A DNA stretch of 64,000 nt, taken from positions 1,024,001 to 1,088,000 of the forward strand of contig OZ239628.1 of NCBI GenBank assembly GCA_965195345.1, read 5' to 3'. Origin of the DNA: an uncultured Thiomicrospira sp. (GTDB lineage: Bacteria > Pseudomonadota > Gammaproteobacteria > CAKMZV01). Below the pieces are notes generated by a model that saw only the letters and a program-made list of their open reading frames with translations, made no database searches and was not told the DNA's origin. Made by a program: the position numbers and the translations under genes. Each line of letters starts with the position of its first letter. Position 1 is the first letter of the stretch. Below are positions 60,370 to 64,000 of the stretch, piece after piece.

Positions 60370-62762
60370 CAGTGAGGCAACGATTTTAAATTGTCGGTTT
60401 TGTGCGATGCTTGCATGGCAAGCGGCAAAGTAACTAAAGAATGAACAAACGCCTCTCTTATCCAACGAATAGGAACAATCTCAAGTTGGTCTTTTATGTC
60501 AGAAGGGACTTCAATAAGATGACGTTCATTTTCTATAGGAATAAGTACTTTCTTGATACCAGAACGCGTTGCTGCCAATAGTTTTTGTTTTAATCCACCA
60601 ATAGAAAGCGTCTCGCCTCTTAGTGTTATTTCGCCAGTCATCGCAATATCGGATCTAACAGGTATGCCCGTTAATGAAGAGGCTAATGATACTGCCACGG
60701 CTACGCCTGCGCTTGGTCCATCTTTAGGTATTGCTCCCTCAGGAACGTGTATATGAAAATCTGAATTTGCAAAAGTTTCAACATCAATTCCGAGCATAAC
60801 CTGCTGTTTTTTGATGACACTTAGAGCAGCTTCAATCGACTCTTTCATAACATCACCGAGTTTTCCTGTATACGAGAGTTTCCCTTTTCCAGGGTAATGG
60901 ACGGCTTCAATAGTCAATATATCTCCACCCGATTGTGTCCAAGCAAGACCTGTAACATGACCTATACGATTATTCTTTTTAGCCGAAGAATATTTATATT
61001 TTTCTATCCCAAGGAAATTTTTCAGCTTAGCTGGTGTCACTTGAATCTTTTTTGTATCATCATCAAGCAACAAATTTGTAACCCCTTTACGACAAATTTT
61101 AGCAATTTCACGCTCAAGGTTACGTACACCCGCTTCTCTTGTGTAGTTGTGTATTATTTTACGTATAGTGGCTGAGTTGATAGAAATTTCCTGCTTAGTG
61201 CTTCCGTGTTGTTGAAGTTGTTTTGGAATAATATGTCGTTTGGCAATTTCTACTTTCTCATTGTCGGTGTATCCTGATAACTCAATTACTTCCATGCGGT
61301 CCAGCAAAGGTGGAGGGATATTCATGCTGTTTGACGTTGCCAAAAACATGACATCGGATAAATCGTATTCAATTTCTAAATAATGATCTGTGAAATATTT
61401 ATTTTGTTCAGGATCCAACACCTCAAGCAAGGCAGAACTAGGGTCGCCGCGAAAATCAGAGCTTAACTTGTCTATTTCATCCAATAAAAAAAGTGGGTTT
61501 TTTACTTCAGCCCGAGTCATTTTTTGCAAAATTCTCCCCGGCATCGATCCGATATAGGTTCTTCTGTGCCCGCGAATTTCTGCTTCATCTCTGACACCAC
61601 CAAGTGCAAATCGGACATACTTCCTTCCAATAGCCTTAGCTATTGATTCAGCAAGAGAAGTTTTACCGACACCTGGAGGGCCGACAAGACATATTATTGG
61701 ACCTGACAGGCGATTTGTGCGTTGCTGAACGGCTAAATATTCAATGATTCTAGACTTAATATCTTCTAAACCATAATATGCCTCGCTCAATTCTTTTTGT
61801 GCCTTCTTTAAATCATTGCTGAGTTCGTCTTTTTTATCCCACGGTAAAGATAGAAGCGTATCAAGATAATTTCGTATAACGGAGGTTTCGGGTGATTGAG
61901 GAGAAACAGCTTTTAATTTATTGATTTCTTTGAGTGCTTTCTCTCTTGCGTAATCTGGCATTTTTGTGTTTTTCAATCGTTTTTCAAATTCCTCAACTTC
62001 ATCGACATCATCAGAGTTTCCTATTTCTTGACGTATTGCTTTGACTTTTTCATTCAAGTAATATTCTTTTTGACTTTGTTCAAGGCGAGAACGAACGCGA
62101 TCGTTGATTTTTTTATCAATGTGTTTTTTCTCTTCAAATTCTGCAAGTAACTTGGATACAATTTCAACACGCTTGTTGACATTTATTTCCGAAAGAATGC
62201 GCTGTTTTTCATCGAGATCAAAAGGGATATTTAATCCAATAACATCAGCATTTTGTCCGTACATGCTTGAACTGATTGATTTCAATGCATCCAAATTGAT
62301 TTTTGAGTTTTTACTGCCAACTTTTTGAGCAGATTCTATTAAATTAGCAGAAGTTTTCTTTAATACCTCTGTATTGCGTACTTTGTCTTCAAGGATGCAA
62401 ATGTCAGCACTAATAAACTCTTTATCGAAGTAAGGTGTTATTTTGACTCTATAAAAGGCTTCAAATAATATTTTTAATGAACCATCTGGCATCTTCATAC
62501 GCTGGGCTATCTGACCAATAACACCAATTGTATAAATGTCATCCGACCCAGGCGTTTCAACTTCTGATTTATTTTGAGAGACGGCTACAATTAATTTATT
62601 AAAGGACTCTGCACTTTGCTCAAGTGCTTTGATTGAGCTTTTCCGTCCAACATAAAGAGGTACGATTGTTTTCGGAAAAATAACCATATCGCGCAAAGGA
62701 ATCAAAGGAATTTTTTCTTTTTTTCCTTCTAAAAAGGTGGTTATATTTTTTTCGTCAATCAT
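60369..62762 (-). CDS. lon: ATP-dependent protease La
   Basis: [34 protein letters not shown]. Confidence 0.97.
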   Translation of the reverse strand: MIDEKNITTFLEGKKEKIPLIPLRDMVIFPKTIVPLYVGRKSSIKALEQSAESFNKLIVAVSQNKSEVETPGSDDIYTIGVIGQIAQRMKMPDGSLKILFEAFYRVKITPYFDKEFISADICILEDKVRNTEVLKKTSANLIESAQKVGSKNSKINLDALKSISSSMYGQNADVIGLNIPFDLDEKQRILSEINVNKRVEIVSKLLAEFEEKKHIDKKINDRVRSRLEQSQKEYYLNEKVKAIRQEIGNSDDVDEVEEFEKRLKNTKMPDYAREKALKEINKLKAVSPQSPETSVIRNYLDTLLSLPWDKKDELSNDLKKAQKELSEAYYGLEDIKSRIIEYLAVQQRTNRLSGPIICLVGPPGVGKTSLAESIAKAIGRKYVRFALGGVRDEAEIRGHRRTYIGSMPGRILQKMTRAEVKNPLFLLDEIDKLSSDFRGDPSSALLEVLDPEQNKYFTDHYLEIEYDLSDVMFLATSNSMNIPPPLLDRMEVIELSGYTDNEKVEIAKRHIIPKQLQQHGSTKQEISINSATIRKIIHNYTREAGVRNLEREIAKICRKGVTNLLLDDDTKKIQVTPAKLKNFLGIEKYKYSSAKKNNRIGHVTGLAWTQSGGDILTIEAVHYPGKGKLSYTGKLGDVMKESIEAALSVIKKQQVMLGIDVETFANSDFHIHVPEGAIPKDGPSAGVAVAVSLASSLTGIPVRSDIAMTGEITLRGETLSIGGLKQKLLAATRSGIKKVLIPIENERHLIEVPSDIKDQLEIVPIRWIREAFVHSLVTLPLAMQASHKTDNLKSLPH

Positions 62763-64000
62763 GATGCCTTTACAATACCTTGAGTGGAATTTATCATTTT
62801 GGGAAGCACTTTTCCTTTAATAGTGTTGCGGTCAACTATAATTTTAGCCAATTTTTTATTTGATGGTGCTTCGTACATTGTATCTAATAAAGCATTCTCT
62901 AGAACTGTTCGAAGTCCACGTGCGCCTGTGTCACGTTTCAATGCTTCCTTCACTACTTCTTTGAGGGCAGAATCGGTAAATTCAAGGGCAACGTTATTTA
63001 TAGAAAACAATTTTTGATATTGTTTGATCAGTGCATTTTTAGGGCGTGTTAATATTTGCAAAAGCGCTTTTTCGTCCATTGGTTGTAGAACAGCATGTAT
63101 TGGCAGGCGACCAACGAATTCAGGAATTAACCCAAAACGCATCAAATCACCATCTCTAACATCTTGCGAACGCATTTTGAATACATTCTTCTCATTGCTG
63201 TCAAATTTCGCATTGAATCCAATTCGGTGATTGTTTTCTAATCGTTCTGCTACAATTTTATCAAGCCCATCAAATGCTCCACCGCATATAAACAATATGT
63301 TAGCAGTGTCTATTTGAATGACTTCTTGATTAGGATGCTTGCGTCCCCCCTTAGGTGGCACGCTGGCAACAGTCCCTTCAATCAATTTAAGCAGTGCTTG
63401 TTGAACACCCTCACCAGAAACATCACGGGTAATGGAAGGATTTTCTGATTTTCTGCCAATCTTATCAATTTCATCAATGAAAATGATTCCTTTTTCTGCT
63501 TTTCCAGCATCGTAGTCACAAGATTGAAGTAATCGAAACAAGATACTTTCGACATCATCACCGACATAACCTGATTCGGTCAAAGTGGTTGCATCTGCAA
63601 TTGCAAAAGGAACTTCAAGGAAGCGTGCAAGCGTTTGTGCAAGAAGTGTTTTCCCACATCCCGTTGGACCAATTAAGAGAATGTTACTTTTGTTTAACTC
63701 AATCTCATCACTAAAGTTTTTGTTGCTATTCAAACGTTGATAGTGGTTATATACAGCAACTGACAATAACTTTTGAGCTTCCTCTTGTCCAATGACATAT
63801 TGCCCAAGCATAGTTTTTATTTCTTGAGGAGTGGGTAATACGCTCGGTTCTTCAGAGACTTCTTCGTTTTTTCCGATGATAATCTCGGTGCAATAATCAA
63901 CGCATTTGTCACATATAAAAGCGGATGAGCCCGCAATGATTTTTTGTGTCTCTTTTTGAGATCTTCCACAAAAAGAACAATTAATGGGTTTATTTTTTGA
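62759..64000 (-). CDS. clpX: ATP-dependent Clp protease ATP-binding subunit, 5'-truncated by the window edge
   Basis: Frame stays open to 64000 and includes the zinc finger CSFCG...ICDKCVDYC; [29 protein letters not shown]. Confidence 0.97.
   Translation of the reverse strand, partial: SKNKPINCSFCGRSQKETQKIIAGSSAFICDKCVDYCTEIIIGKNEEVSEEPSVLPTPQEIKTMLGQYVIGQEEAQKLLSVAVYNHYQRLNSNKNFSDEIELNKSNILLIGPTGCGKTLLAQTLARFLEVPFAIADATTLTESGYVGDDVESILFRLLQSCDYDAGKAEKGIIFIDEIDKIGRKSENPSITRDVSGEGVQQALLKLIEGTVASVPPKGGRKHPNQEVIQIDTANILFICGGAFDGLDKIVAERLENNHRIGFNAKFDSNEKNVFKMRSQDVRDGDLMRFGLIPEFVGRLPIHAVLQPMDEKALLQILTRPKNALIKQYQKLFSINNVALEFTDSALKEVVKEALKRDTGARGLRTVLENALLDTMYEAPSNKKLAKIIVDRNTIKGKVLPKMINSTQGIVKAS

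Overview
AT-rich gammaproteobacterial chromosome segment, densely coding and mostly housekeeping. It carries guaB/guaA (partial), rlmB-rnr-purA-hisZ-hflCK, algC, galU-ugd, argG, zapA, rnt-argA, hemH-mog, ung-pdxH-dsbD, moeA-moaD-moaA, gltX-greA, leuD, folP, kdsC, bamE-lon-clpX (partial) and two tRNAs (Met-CAT, Leu-TAG). A soxXYZA operon suggests a thiosulfate-oxidising, probably marine, organism. Accessory catabolic genes are interspersed: a DoeA/creatinase-like M24 hydrolase, DmdB-like and DmdA-like genes flanking tRNA-Leu, a carnitine/butyrobetaine-type CoA module, and a Zn-alcohol dehydrogenase / Fae-homologue / aldehyde dehydrogenase trio with no H4MPT genes in the window. No transposase, integrase, prophage or CRISPR array was seen. 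The best candidates for undescribed biology are the ADH-fae-ALDH(-CoA module) operon, a structured RNA-like leader in front of tRNA-Leu, and the divergent DmdA-like demethylase. All calls come from motif recognition by eye; no searches or folding programs were run.
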